Positions 1 to 9,353 of a stretch of DNA of 64,000 nt are shown here, in pieces. The stretch is from Nanobdellota archaeon (GTDB lineage: Archaea > Nanobdellota > Nanobdellia > Pacearchaeales > GW2011-AR1). The translations under genes were made by a program, and so were the position numbers. Below the pieces are notes generated by a model. It searched no databases and was not told the DNA's origin. It was given only the letters and a program-made list of their open reading frames with translations. Every line of letters starts with the position of its first letter. Within the stretch, counting starts at the first letter, position 1. Where the stretch lies: the NCBI GenBank assembly GCA_038045185.1, contig JBBSYO010000022.1, forward strand, positions 164-64,163. The letters run 5' to 3'.

Positions 1-10
1 ACAAACACAC

Positions 11-937
11 ATGGGAGGACATCAACCAAGATTTGGAAGCCTGCAATACTGGCCGCGGAAACGGGCAGCTAAAGCTGTGCCTCAAGTGAACTGGGACGCG
101 GTTAAGGGAGATGGGGTGTTGGGTTTGATTGCGTTCAAGGTTGGAATGGCGAGTGCAATTGTGCGCGATAAGACGGATAAGTCTTTGACGGCAAATAAGA
201 AAATTGCAATGCCTGTAACGATTCTCGAAGTTCCTAAATTGAAATTATTTTCAGTTAGATTTTACAAACAGGGGATTGTTATGAAAGACGTTATTGTTTC
301 TCATGATAAAGAACTTAAGCGTGTGCTTCGCGTGCCAAAGCAAGTGCCTGCGTTTCATGTCCCTGAGGGATACGACGAAATTCGCGTGATTGCCTATCCG
401 GTTATGAAAGATATGTTCAAAAAGACGCCGCCGATGGTTGAATTAATGGTGCGTGGACAGAACGCGCTGGAGATTGTAAAAGCCTGGATTGGCAAGGAAT
501 TAAGCATGAAAGATATTCTTAAATGGGACTTGCTTGATTTGCGCGGCTTGACGCGTGGCAAGGGTCTTGTTGGACCTGTCAAGCGATTTGGCATTTCGCT
601 TAAGTCACATAAATCAGAGAAGGGCGTGCGCAGACCTGGAAGTTTGGGACCATGGCATCCTGCTCACGTAACTTTCAGAGTTGCCCAAGCAGGGCAGTTG
701 GGCATGTTTACGCGCGTGCAATACAATATCAAACCTATTACACATGCAAATGCACAGCAAGGACCTATTCCTGTGAACCACGGATTCAAACATTACGGTT
801 TAATCGCTGGAGATTATATTGTGGTAGAGGGCAGCGTGCAAGGCGCGGCAAAACGCGAGATTGTTATCACGCCTGCGCTGCGACCGACGAGGAAAATGCT
901 AAAGAAGAAATATGAATTTGCGGAGCTGAAACTATGA
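11..937 (+). CDS. rpl3: 50S ribosomal protein L3 (uL3)
   Basis: 308 aa; N-terminus MGGHQPRFGSLQYWPRKRA typical of archaeal L3; first gene of the conserved ribosomal protein cluster. Confidence 0.9.
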   Translation: MGGHQPRFGSLQYWPRKRAAKAVPQVNWDAVKGDGVLGLIAFKVGMASAIVRDKTDKSLTANKKIAMPVTILEVPKLKLFSVRFYKQGIVMKDVIVSHDKELKRVLRVPKQVPAFHVPEGYDEIRVIAYPVMKDMFKKTPPMVELMVRGQNALEIVKAWIGKELSMKDILKWDLLDLRGLTRGKGLVGPVKRFGISLKSHKSEKGVRRPGSLGPWHPAHVTFRVAQAGQLGMFTRVQYNIKPITHANAQQGPIPVNHGFKHYGLIAGDYIVVEGSVQGAAKREIVITPALRPTRKMLKKKYEFAELKL

Positions 938-1698
938 AAGTTGCAGTTTATGATTTACAAGGCACAAAGAAAGGCGACGTGGAACTGCCTGCAGTATTTG
1001 CGAGTGAAGTGCGTGAAGATTTGGTTTTGAAATGTGTTGAAGCTGAGCGTTTCGGACAGCCGTATGGAACAGACCCGCGAGCAGGCAGACGGCATGTTGC
1101 CTCAGGCATTATCAGCCACAAGCGCCATGACTGGAAGGGTCAGTACGGACGAGGCATGTCACGAGTTCCCCGCAAAATATTATGGCGGCGTGGGACGCAG
1201 TTTAACTGGGTTGGTGCTGAATCATCTGGAACGCGCGGCGGAAGACGACCGCATGCACCTAAGGCAATAACTGTTCGCGATAAAAAGATTAACGATAAAG
1301 AATACCAGAAGGCGTTTGCTTCTGCACTTGCTGCGACTACACATAAGCGGTATATTGAGGCGCGCTATGAGCGCATGAATGAAATGCCGATTGCGTTGCC
1401 GCTTGTTATCTCACTACCGACGCATGTGAAAGCAAAACAGATGATGAACTTCTTTGAAAAGGTTAAGCTATCTGGTCTGGCTGTCAAGGAAAAACAAGTT
1501 CGCGCAGGCAAGGGCAAGAGCCGTGCGCGCAAGTACAAGTCAAATGCAGGAGCGCTTGTAGTCATTGGCGCGAAAGAAAAATTATCAGTTACGGGCATTG
1601 ATGTGCGGAACGTGAAAGAACTTTCTATCAGTGATTTCTATCCTCTGGGAAGAATTACGGTCTTTAGTGAGCATGCGCTGGAGGAATTGAAACAATGA
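934..1698 (+). CDS. rpl4: 50S ribosomal protein L4 (uL4)
   Basis: 254 aa; ATGA overlap with L3; typical L4 sequence, position between L3 and L23. Confidence 0.88.
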   Translation: MKVAVYDLQGTKKGDVELPAVFASEVREDLVLKCVEAERFGQPYGTDPRAGRRHVASGIISHKRHDWKGQYGRGMSRVPRKILWRRGTQFNWVGAESSGTRGGRRPHAPKAITVRDKKINDKEYQKAFASALAATTHKRYIEARYERMNEMPIALPLVISLPTHVKAKQMMNFFEKVKLSGLAVKEKQVRAGKGKSRARKYKSNAGALVVIGAKEKLSVTGIDVRNVKELSISDFYPLGRITVFSEHALEELKQ

Positions 1699-1937
1699 AC
1701 TTCAAACCAGTAACCACGGAAAAAGCAGTCAAGCTTATTGACCTTGAGAATACACTCCTGTTTGAGTTTCCGCGAGGAGCACGCAAAGAAGAAATTAAAC
1801 CAATCGTAGAGAAAATGTTTCATGTCAAGGTGCAGGCAATACGCACCCTTATGCGCAACAACCGAAAGTTTGTTTATATCAGACTTGCAAGCAGTCACAA
1901 GGCTGCAGACGTTGCAACTAAATTAGGATTAATATAA
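1695..1937 (+). CDS. rpl23: 50S ribosomal protein L23 (uL23)
   Basis: 80 aa; size and position (L4-L23-L2) plus conserved L23 core. Confidence 0.82.
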   Translation: MNFKPVTTEKAVKLIDLENTLLFEFPRGARKEEIKPIVEKMFHVKVQAIRTLMRNNRKFVYIRLASSHKAADVATKLGLI

Positions 1938-1938
1938 T

Positions 1939-2631
1939 ATGGGTAAACGAATCATTTCACAGGCGCGGGGCAAGGGAAGTCTTTCCTACAGGGTACGCAA
2001 GCAGGCGTTCGTTTACAGAGTCGGTTATCCGCAGATGCTTGGTCAGGCGCGCATTGTTTCTCTATTGCATTCGGCTGCTCATTCTGCGCCGCTGTTGCAG
2101 ATACATATTGGCAATAGCAAATTTTACAATGTGGCTTTTGCAGGCGCTATTGAAGGACAAAATGTTGTGCTTGGAAATGAAATCAAAGAGGGCAATATTG
2201 TTGCACTAAAGGATATTCCTGTCGCTACACGCATTTACAATGTTGAGTTGAATCCTGGAGATGGGGGAAAGATGGTTCGTACTGCGGGTTCGAGCGCTGC
2301 AGTAGTCAAAATATATGAACATAACAAGGTAGGAATCTTGACTCCGCAAAAGAAAGAAATTATTCTCGATGGCAACTGCAGGGCTACAATCGGCATTATT
2401 GCAGGTCATGGAAAAAAACTCAAGCCGTTCATTAGTGCGGGGAGAAAATTCTATAAAATGAAAGCGCGGGGCAAACTATGGCCGCGCACTTCTGCAGTGA
2501 AAATGAATGCCATTGATCATCCGTTTGGGTCCGGCAGAGGAAAGCGCATCAAGTCCAAGATTGCCAAACGATGGGCGCCTGCGGGAAGACGTGTCGGTCA
2601 CATTGCGCCAAGGAGAACAGGAAGACGATGA
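1939..2631 (+). CDS. rpl2: 50S ribosomal protein L2 (uL2)
   Basis: 230 aa; MGKRIISQARGKG start and C-terminal GRGKR...HPFGSGRG motifs typical of L2. Confidence 0.9.
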   Translation: MGKRIISQARGKGSLSYRVRKQAFVYRVGYPQMLGQARIVSLLHSAAHSAPLLQIHIGNSKFYNVAFAGAIEGQNVVLGNEIKEGNIVALKDIPVATRIYNVELNPGDGGKMVRTAGSSAAVVKIYEHNKVGILTPQKKEIILDGNCRATIGIIAGHGKKLKPFISAGRKFYKMKARGKLWPRTSAVKMNAIDHPFGSGRGKRIKSKIAKRWAPAGRRVGHIAPRRTGRR

Positions 2632-3032
2632 GCATGGAAGTGGTACTCAAATCACGAGAAGAAAAATATCGCGGAAAAACTCTTGCACACTTAAAGAGCC
2701 TTGGCATTAGAGAAGTTGCACAATACCTTCCATCCAGAAGCAGGCGCACTGTGCTGAGACATTTTGAACTCATTGAAAAGTTTGTTCGCGAAATCGAAGA
2801 GAAAGAAGTTAAGAAAAAGAGAATAAGGACGCATTTAAGAGATTTGGTGATAGTGCCGCATTTGGTGGGCAAGACTATTGCAGTGCATAGCGGAAAGACA
2901 TTTGAAGACGTGCATGTCACTGTTGAAATGATTGGTCATCGACTTGGAGAATTTGTCATGACGCGCAAGCGCGTTACTCACTCGGCTGCAGGTATTGGAG
3001 CAACCAAGAGCTCGAAGACACTGAAGAAATAA
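2628..3032 (+). CDS. rps19: 30S ribosomal protein S19 (uS19)
   Basis: ATGA overlap with the L2 stop at 2628-2631; HLRDLVIVPHLVGKTIAVHSGKTFEDVHVTVEMIGHRLGEF is S19-like; the ORF track start at 2571 is probably too long. Confidence 0.85.
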   Translation: MSMEVVLKSREEKYRGKTLAHLKSLGIREVAQYLPSRSRRTVLRHFELIEKFVREIEEKEVKKKRIRTHLRDLVIVPHLVGKTIAVHSGKTFEDVHVTVEMIGHRLGEFVMTRKRVTHSAAGIGATKSSKTLKK

Positions 3033-3033
3033 A

Positions 3034-3597
3034 ATGAACCAGAAAACAGAAACACCAAAAATTGAGAAAGAACACACGCACCCAGCGCCGGCTGAGGTTA
3101 AAGATAAGCACATTGAAAAAAATGCAGACAACCCTGCTGATAAAGTAGAAGTTAAAGCAGATGAGAAGAAACATGAGGAGAAAAAACACGCACCGAAGAA
3201 GGAAGAAGTGAGTGCGCTCGGACGCAATCTGACTGCTTCATTGAAACACAGCATGGCGGTTTGTTCTTTCATCAAAGGTATGCGCATTGAACAGGCTCTT
3301 GGGGAATTAGCGCTTGTTATTAAGAAGAAGCGGGCTGTTCCGATGAAGGGAGAAATTCCGCATCGCCATGGAAAGATTATGGCTGGACGCTATCCGGTTG
3401 CGACTGCGACAGAAATCATAGGCTTGTTGAAAACCTTGAGGGGTAATTGTGTTGCACATGGATTATCGCTTGACAAGGCGCGCATCACGTATGCTTCTCC
3501 AAGCTGGGCAGTACGGCCGCAGAGACGGGGCGGACGATTAGGAAAGCGAACCCATATTCTTATTAAAGTGCGCGAGGCCGCTGAAAAACATGGATGA
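3034..3597 (+). CDS. rpl22: 50S ribosomal protein L22 (uL22) with a Lys/Glu-rich N-terminal extension
   Basis: 187 aa; C-terminal two thirds are L22-like (RYPVATATEIIGLLKTLRGN...), preceded by about 60 aa of charged low-complexity sequence. Confidence 0.82.
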   Translation: MNQKTETPKIEKEHTHPAPAEVKDKHIEKNADNPADKVEVKADEKKHEEKKHAPKKEEVSALGRNLTASLKHSMAVCSFIKGMRIEQALGELALVIKKKRAVPMKGEIPHRHGKIMAGRYPVATATEIIGLLKTLRGNCVAHGLSLDKARITYASPSWAVRPQRRGGRLGKRTHILIKVREAAEKHG

Positions 3598-4288
3598 AAA
3601 AAAATTCGTTAAATTGAAAGAAGAAGAGCTTGAGGTACGCGAGTATATCAAGAACTCTCTTGGTAAGGGGCGCATAAGCGAAGTAACTATAGAATATACT
3701 CCTGTTGGAGAGAAGATTGTTGTTGCAACTAACAGACCAGGCATGGTAATTGGCACGCGCGGGGAGAAAATAAATGAACTAACTCAAACACTGAAAAGAC
3801 GATTTAAATTAGATAATCCTCATATTGAAATCCGAGATATAATTGAAGCGCTGTTTGATGCACAACTCGTGGCAGATGATATTGCCTTGAGCCTTGAACG
3901 CAAGGGCTCCTTGAAATTCAAGCCAATTGCTTACCGTACACTTGAAGCAATTATGCGCGCAGGCGCTCTCGGTGTGGAACTTGTGTTGTCTGGCAAACTG
4001 CCAAGCGACCGCGCGCGAAGCTGGAGATTTGCACAGGGCTATCTTAAGAAAACAGGCGATCCTGCACGAGTAGTAAGACGCGCTATGGCTCAGGCCAAAA
4101 CAATGGCAGGCATTATCGGAATCAAGGTCAGTATTTTGCCACCTGATGCAAAAATTCATGATAAAATTACGATTGACGATGCCCTGCTTGCTACGTTACG
4201 AGCGCGAGCACATGCGATGACTCTGCCGCCTGTTGAGAAACCAGCAGTTATAATTAAGAAGCGAGCTTCTTCTAGGAAGGCGAAATAA
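3590..4288 (+). CDS. rps3: 30S ribosomal protein S3 (uS3)
   Basis: 232 aa; KH-domain region VATNRPGMVIGTRGEKI; position after L22. Confidence 0.88.
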   Translation: MDEKKFVKLKEEELEVREYIKNSLGKGRISEVTIEYTPVGEKIVVATNRPGMVIGTRGEKINELTQTLKRRFKLDNPHIEIRDIIEALFDAQLVADDIALSLERKGSLKFKPIAYRTLEAIMRAGALGVELVLSGKLPSDRARSWRFAQGYLKKTGDPARVVRRAMAQAKTMAGIIGIKVSILPPDAKIHDKITIDDALLATLRARAHAMTLPPVEKPAVIIKKRASSRKAK

Positions 4289-4290
4289 CC

Positions 4291-4506
4291 ATGGCAGTAT
4301 TACGTATGGGTGAGATTCTGAAGATGGACAAGAAGGCGCGCGAAACTAAAATGAACGAATTGCGCCTCGAACTGGTAAGGGTGCAGGCAAGTTCAAGCAG
4401 GACGCCTGCCAAAACCAAAGAGATTAAAAAGGCTATTGCACGACTACTCACATTCGCCCAGACCGAAAAATCAGGACGAAAACACCTCAATAAGACATGG
4501 AGATAG
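4291..4506 (+). CDS. rpl29: 50S ribosomal protein L29 (uL29)
   Basis: 71 aa; helical MAVLRMGEILKMDKKARETKMNELRLELVR typical of L29. Confidence 0.8.
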   Translation: MAVLRMGEILKMDKKARETKMNELRLELVRVQASSSRTPAKTKEIKKAIARLLTFAQTEKSGRKHLNKTWR

Positions 4507-4796
4507 ATCCACGAACAGGATTACCTGTTGAAGCTATCGCATGGGAAGATCTCGCGAAAAGCGAACAGAAGATAACGATTTCGACCGTTGCGCGACGCTA
4601 TGGCAAGCTGACCACGCTGGTTTCAGGATTTGATAATAGCATCGACCTGAAGAGCACCGCAAGAGAGCTCAAAGAAGCGCTCGCCTGCGGCGGGACTGTC
4701 AAGGACGGCGTTATTGAACTGCAGGGGAATCACAGGAGAAGCGTCAGACCAATTTTGGTCAAGATGGGATTCCCTGATTCGTCTATTAGCGACTGA
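4497..4796 (+). CDS. translation initiation factor SUI1 (eIF1/aSUI1)
   Basis: 99 aa; KITISTVARRYGKLTTLVSGFD...ACGGTVKDGVIELQGNHRRSVRPILVKMGF matches the SUI1 fold; this position in the archaeal ribosomal protein cluster is common. Confidence 0.75.
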   Translation: MEIDPRTGLPVEAIAWEDLAKSEQKITISTVARRYGKLTTLVSGFDNSIDLKSTARELKEALACGGTVKDGVIELQGNHRRSVRPILVKMGFPDSSISD

Positions 4797-4825
4797 TCTC
4801 ATACGAGCAGGCTCGGAATTATATT

Positions 4826-5149
4826 ATGAAAACGCAACAGAAACAAGCGACCCCAAAAAGGGAGAAGAATGCTGTAGTGGCTACTCACGGCAGAATATTC
4901 CAGGGTTATGTTACAAAGAAGTTTGCAATGAGAGTTGTTGTGGAATTTGACCGCACGATTTACCTGCCAAAGTATGAAAGATTCATGAAAGATAAGACAC
5001 GCTTGCACGCACGATTGCCTGCAGATATGAGTGTTGCAGTTGGCGATTATGTGAAAGTGCAGGAATGCCGCCCGTTGAGCAAGATTATTCGTTTTGTCGT
5101 TATTGAAGTTGTCAGGAAGGCGCATGCGGAAGAGGTGAAGGGGAAATGA
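4826..5149 (+). CDS. rps17: 30S ribosomal protein S17 (uS17)
   Basis: 107 aa; GYVTKKFAMRVVVEFDRTIYLPKYERFMK... is an S17 OB fold. Confidence 0.85.
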   Translation: MKTQQKQATPKREKNAVVATHGRIFQGYVTKKFAMRVVVEFDRTIYLPKYERFMKDKTRLHARLPADMSVAVGDYVKVQECRPLSKIIRFVVIEVVRKAHAEEVKGK

Positions 5150-5547
5150 AAGCAGTAGCAGCGAAGATAACGCGAGGATTGAACATTGGAAGCAATTTGC
5201 TTGCGAGCGATAACAGCGGAGCGCGCATTGTGCGCATTACAGGCGTAAAACACGGTAAAAGCCGCAAGGGCAGACAGCAGACTGCACGTGTTGGAGATAT
5301 GGTGAAGGTGTCTGTGCAGGCCGGCAAGCCAGACATGATTGGAATAGTTTTTGATGCGATTGTTATCAGGCAAAGAAAATCTTATCGACGTTTGACTGGA
5401 GAGCACATTATGTTTGAAGATAATGCAGTTGCATTAATGAAGGACGATAAGGGCAACCCGAAAGGAACACAAATCAAGGGAGTAATGGCGCGTGAAGCAG
5501 CAGACCGATGGTCTGTTGCTGCGAAAATTGCGCAGTTTGTACTATGA
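5146..5547 (+). CDS. rpl14: 50S ribosomal protein L14 (uL14)
   Basis: 133 aa; ...LLASDNSGARIVRITGV... is highly conserved L14. Confidence 0.9.
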   Translation: MKAVAAKITRGLNIGSNLLASDNSGARIVRITGVKHGKSRKGRQQTARVGDMVKVSVQAGKPDMIGIVFDAIVIRQRKSYRRLTGEHIMFEDNAVALMKDDKGNPKGTQIKGVMAREAADRWSVAAKIAQFVL

Positions 5548-5900
5548 GAGTTATAAAAAATTTAATGGGAAGATTGGGAATGAAAAAAATAGACGGCTCA
5601 ATTACCACTTCCCCCAGCCAGAACTTCCAAGAATATTTAAAAAGAGTAAAAGAAATTAATTCTTGTGTGATCTTGGCTCGAAAAGGTTTAGGCGAGGGAA
5701 GATTAAACGAGGTTAGCTGCTATTTAGATGATATCTTTTTAAAACAATCTGACTTAAAGTTTTATGTAGAAAATAGTGTTGTTTTGGGCATTATGCCTGA
5801 TTATTATCGTGATATGAGCTTAATTTTTTCTAAGGAACTTTTAGCAGAAGTTAGCGGTATTGAAAAAGATTATTTGAATGCGGGGAGAAGAGCGGCATGA
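5544..5900 (+). CDS. hypothetical protein (AT-rich ORF inserted between rpl14 and rpl24)
   Basis: 118 aa from the ATG overlapping the L14 stop (ATGA) to the ATGA overlap with L24; conspicuously AT-rich versus the flanking ribosomal genes; no family recognised. Confidence 0.4.
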   Translation: MRVIKNLMGRLGMKKIDGSITTSPSQNFQEYLKRVKEINSCVILARKGLGEGRLNEVSCYLDDIFLKQSDLKFYVENSVVLGIMPDYYRDMSLIFSKELLAEVSGIEKDYLNAGRRAA

Positions 5901-6310
5901 GACAAACATTTTCAACATCCTGGATTGCAAGCAGACAGCCGCGAAAACAGCGCAAGTATGCGTACAATGCGCCACTTCATATCAAACATAGTTTTTTAAG
6001 TGCTCATTTGTCGAAGGATTTACGCGTTAAACACAAGCGACGCAATCTTTCTTTGCGAAAGGGAGACGAAGTGCTTGTTATGCGAGGAACATTTGCTGGC
6101 AAGAAAGCAAAAATATCTAGCGTTGATGTGAAGCGCACACGGGCGATGCTTGAGGGAATCACGCGACCAAAGCGAGATGGAAGCAAGGTTAATGTCTTTT
6201 TCCATCCAAGCAATCTGCAGATTACCGCGCTGACGCTCGACGACAAAAAACGCCTCAGTGTGAAAGCTGAGGGAACACAGGAGAAGAAAAATGCACCTAA
6301 CAAGATTTGA
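5897..6310 (+). CDS. rpl24: 50S ribosomal protein L24 (uL24)
   Basis: 137 aa; QPRKQRKYAYNAPLH, KOW motif LRKGDEVLVMRGTFAGKKAKI. Confidence 0.85.
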   Translation: MRQTFSTSWIASRQPRKQRKYAYNAPLHIKHSFLSAHLSKDLRVKHKRRNLSLRKGDEVLVMRGTFAGKKAKISSVDVKRTRAMLEGITRPKRDGSKVNVFFHPSNLQITALTLDDKKRLSVKAEGTQEKKNAPNKI

Positions 6311-6908
6311 AGTCACACCATTAGTGCCAGTAGCACGAAAAGGCACAAAGTACATAGCAAGACCGATGAGCCACTACACGTCAAGCGTGAGCGTGTTAAG
6401 TGCGGTGAGGGACATGCTAAAGATTGCACGCACGGCGCGCGAAGTGCATACCCTGATTAAGCAGAAAGCCTTAAGGATTAACGGACGTGTTGTACGCGAT
6501 TATCATGAGCCTCTGCACTTGTTTGGATTGTTTGATGCGGACAAACGTTACAGGCTCGTAATTACAAGCGCTGGTCGATTCTCTCTTGAGGCAACTACGG
6601 CCAAGACGCGCGTTGCCAAAGTTATAGGCAAAACGATGTTGCGGGGAAAAATGCTTCAGGTTAATTTCCACGACGGTACGAATGTTCTCACTAAGGACAA
6701 AGTTGAAGTTGGAAGCTCAGCCGAGCTTGACTTGAGCAACAAGGTTGTGCGCTGGATTGCATTGGGCAAGGGCGCACATGTGTTCGTACGTTCAGGCAGA
6801 AGTCTCGGACAGAGCGGCAAGGTGAAGTCTATTGAAGGAAAAAGCATTCATATTGAATTAGGAGGGCGTGTTGTTGTTTTGGACAGCGACCACGTTATTG
6901 CACAATGA
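6291..6908 (+). CDS. rps4e: 30S ribosomal protein S4e (eS4)
   Basis: 205 aa; archaeal/eukaryotic-type S4e sequence following L24; exact start uncertain. Confidence 0.82.
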   Translation: MHLTRFEVTPLVPVARKGTKYIARPMSHYTSSVSVLSAVRDMLKIARTAREVHTLIKQKALRINGRVVRDYHEPLHLFGLFDADKRYRLVITSAGRFSLEATTAKTRVAKVIGKTMLRGKMLQVNFHDGTNVLTKDKVEVGSSAELDLSNKVVRWIALGKGAHVFVRSGRSLGQSGKVKSIEGKSIHIELGGRVVVLDSDHVIAQ

Positions 6909-7432
6909 AAACGCAAAAAAGCGCAACTGTGAATGTTATGAGAAAGCCCTTTATTTCTAAAGTTGTATTGAGTGCAGGAGCCACTGGTCCTGAGCTTGAC
7001 AAGGCAAAGCGGCTTCTTGAAATTCTGACAAATGCACGGGCGCATATTATCAAGGCAGGTCCAAAGCGACGCATTCCTGAGCTAAACGTGCGGCCAGGAC
7101 TTGAGCTCGGAACGAGAGTTACGCTGCGCGGAGAGAAAGCAATTATGCTATTAAGACGATTGCTGACTGCGATTGATAATACTATGAAGCGAAACCAAGT
7201 AGCCCCGAATCATTTTTCATTTGGTATTGAAGAGTACATCGACATTCCAGACATGGAATATGTCAGGGATATCGGCATTAGGGGTTTCAACGCTACTGTT
7301 GTGTTTGAAAGACCTGGCGTACGCGTGAAAACCAAGAAGATAAAGCGCGGAAACTTGCCTGTGAGGCAACATGTCACAGTTGATGAAATTGTAAGTTACA
7401 TGGAGGAATACTTCAAGACGAAGTTTAACTAA
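6905..7432 (+). CDS. rpl5: 50S ribosomal protein L5 (uL5)
   Basis: 175 aa; typical L5 sequence and position before S14. Confidence 0.88.
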   Translation: MKTQKSATVNVMRKPFISKVVLSAGATGPELDKAKRLLEILTNARAHIIKAGPKRRIPELNVRPGLELGTRVTLRGEKAIMLLRRLLTAIDNTMKRNQVAPNHFSFGIEEYIDIPDMEYVRDIGIRGFNATVVFERPGVRVKTKKIKRGNLPVRQHVTVDEIVSYMEEYFKTKFN

Positions 7433-7434
7433 CG

Positions 7435-7665
7435 ATGACTGCAAGCGACTGGAATAAAATAGCGCGACAACTGCGCAGCAAACCCGCTATCTTCAAGAAA
7501 TTTACCAAACATAACAAGCCAAAAGAGCGCAAGACAGGTGTTGCGTCCAAGAAATGCCGCCGATGTGGCAGGCTGGGAGCACATATGGGCCAGTATAATC
7601 TGGGATTGTGCAGGCAATGTTTCCGAGAGATTGCGGAGGAAATCGGATTCAAAAAATATAGTTAA
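7435..7665 (+). CDS. rps14: 30S ribosomal protein S14 type Z (uS14, zinc-binding)
   Basis: 76 aa (long for type-Z S14, normally about 50-60 aa; start may be too upstream); [22 protein letters not shown] zinc-ribbon. Confidence 0.85.
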   Translation: MTASDWNKIARQLRSKPAIFKKFTKHNKPKERKTGVASKKCRRCGRLGAHMGQYNLGLCRQCFREIAEEIGFKKYS

Positions 7666-7667
7666 CC

Positions 7668-8045
7668 ATGAGCCAAGATATTGTTGCAGATACGCTTAAC
7701 CAAATAATGAATGCCAAGCGCGCAGGCAAAACAACGCTTCAAGTTAAGCGGCACTCGAAATTTCTGCTCGCGGTTTTAGCTATCGGAAAGTTAAGAGGAT
7801 ACATCAAATCATACAAAGTAGAAGGTAGAAATCTTGACATTGAACTTGGAAATTTATTGAATGCGTGCCGAGCCATAAAGCCGCGTTATGTTGCGCGCAC
7901 TGATGAAATCATGAAATATGTGCGACGCTACCTGCCTGCGCGAAATATGGGCATTGTCATTGTTTCGACCAGCAAGGGGCTTATGACTCATTATACAACA
8001 CTTGAGAATAACCTTGGAGGGGGCATCATTGCATACTTTTACTAA
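7668..8045 (+). CDS. rps8: 30S ribosomal protein S8 (uS8)
   Basis: 125 aa; DTLNQIMNAKRAGK... is S8-like. Confidence 0.88.
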   Translation: MSQDIVADTLNQIMNAKRAGKTTLQVKRHSKFLLAVLAIGKLRGYIKSYKVEGRNLDIELGNLLNACRAIKPRYVARTDEIMKYVRRYLPARNMGIVIVSTSKGLMTHYTTLENNLGGGIIAYFY

Positions 8046-8047
8046 TC

Positions 8048-8590
8048 ATGAGAACGCCAATACAAGAAGTTATAGCTGTCCCTGAAGGAATCACGTGCGA
8101 GCTGAAGCACAATATGCTGGCATGCAAAAAAGGAGGCGAAACGCTTACGAAGAAATTTGACAGGCCGGGAATCACTTTGAAAGTTAGCGGAAAAACGATT
8201 GAAGTTAATCATGTACGCGCCAACAGAAAAGATATTGCCATCATAAAGACGGTTGCGGCCCACATACGCAATCTTTTCCGAGGTCTTGAGACAGGGTTTG
8301 TTTACCACATGGAGATTTGCAACGTGCACTTCCCGATGACAGTAAAGATTGAAGGGTCTAAGCTGATTATCAATAACTTCTTGGGTGAGAAGGAAAAGCG
8401 ATTCGCTTCCATTGTTCCTGGAGTGAAGGTTGATGTCAAGGGCCAGCAGATTATACTTTCTGGAGCTGACGTTGAATCAGTTGGTCAGAGTGCGGCAAAC
8501 ATTGAGAAAGCCACATGGGTGGCGAATCGAGATAGGCGTGTGTTTCAGGACGGTATTTTCATCACCTCTAAGGATGGAGAAGAAATATAA
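8048..8590 (+). CDS. rpl6: 50S ribosomal protein L6 (uL6)
   Basis: 180 aa; duplicated L6 alpha/beta domains; position after S8. Confidence 0.88.
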   Translation: MRTPIQEVIAVPEGITCELKHNMLACKKGGETLTKKFDRPGITLKVSGKTIEVNHVRANRKDIAIIKTVAAHIRNLFRGLETGFVYHMEICNVHFPMTVKIEGSKLIINNFLGEKEKRFASIVPGVKVDVKGQQIILSGADVESVGQSAANIEKATWVANRDRRVFQDGIFITSKDGEEI

Positions 8591-8943
8591 TGTCAAAGAA
8601 ATTTACCCGAAGTGAGACTGTGCGGTTCATGCGACTGGGTAAGAATCGTCCTAAATTGCAGAAATGGCGACGTCCGCGTGGAAGACATAACAAAATGCGC
8701 AAGAAGCGCGTGGGCTATCCGGCATCTCCCTCTATCGGGCATGGAACACAGCGTGCAACTTCAGGACTTGTACAAGGCAAGAAACCGCTGGTTGTGCATA
8801 ACATGAAAGAGCTTGAACAAGCTTCTGCAAGTCGCCTAATTATCTTCGCAAGAACATTGGGTGCAAAACAACGTATCGAGTTTATGAAGCAGGCACAGGA
8901 ACGCGGTCTTCAAGTATTCAGTCGAGGGAGGAAAGCTAAATGA
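8590..8943 (+). CDS. rpl32e: 50S ribosomal protein L32e (eL32)
   Basis: 117 aa; FMRLGKNRPKLQKWRRPRGRHNKMR typical of L32e. Confidence 0.83.
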   Translation: MSKKFTRSETVRFMRLGKNRPKLQKWRRPRGRHNKMRKKRVGYPASPSIGHGTQRATSGLVQGKKPLVVHNMKELEQASASRLIIFARTLGAKQRIEFMKQAQERGLQVFSRGRKAK

Positions 8944-9353
8944 ACTTGGAAAAGAAAAGAAATCTTGCAGCACGCGCGCTTGGCGTTGGCGTGAACAGAA
9001 TAAGGTTCAATAAGGAACGTCTTGCTGATGTGAAAGAAGCGATTACTAAACAAGATATTCGGGACCTTGTAAAAAATGGTGCTTTGAGCATTCGAGAAGT
9101 GCGCGGTCGAAGCGCCGAACGCACGGAACGTCCGCGCAGACGGGCAGGAAGTGTGCGCATTCATGTTGACAAGTCTAAACGAACGTATGTTTTGTTCATC
9201 CGCAAGATGCGCGCATATCTTACTGAACTGCGAAAACAAGAAATTATTAACTCAGGGCAGTTCATCGTATTACGAAAGGAACTTAAAGGTCGTCACATCA
9301 ACAGCAAGACGCATCTGAAGGAGCGGATCGCGCAGCTTAAAACAAGCAAATGA
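8940..9353 (+). CDS. rpl19e: 50S ribosomal protein L19e (eL19)
   Basis: 137 aa; LAARALGVGVNRIRF... is L19e-like. Confidence 0.83.
   Translation: MNLEKKRNLAARALGVGVNRIRFNKERLADVKEAITKQDIRDLVKNGALSIREVRGRSAERTERPRRRAGSVRIHVDKSKRTYVLFIRKMRAYLTELRKQEIINSGQFIVLRKELKGRHINSKTHLKERIAQLKTSK

Noticed and set aside
652-1270. Alternative-frame ORFs (87 aa, 78 aa) inside rpl3 and rpl4
   Set aside because: They are embedded in highly conserved ribosomal genes in other frames. These are typical spurious overlaps.
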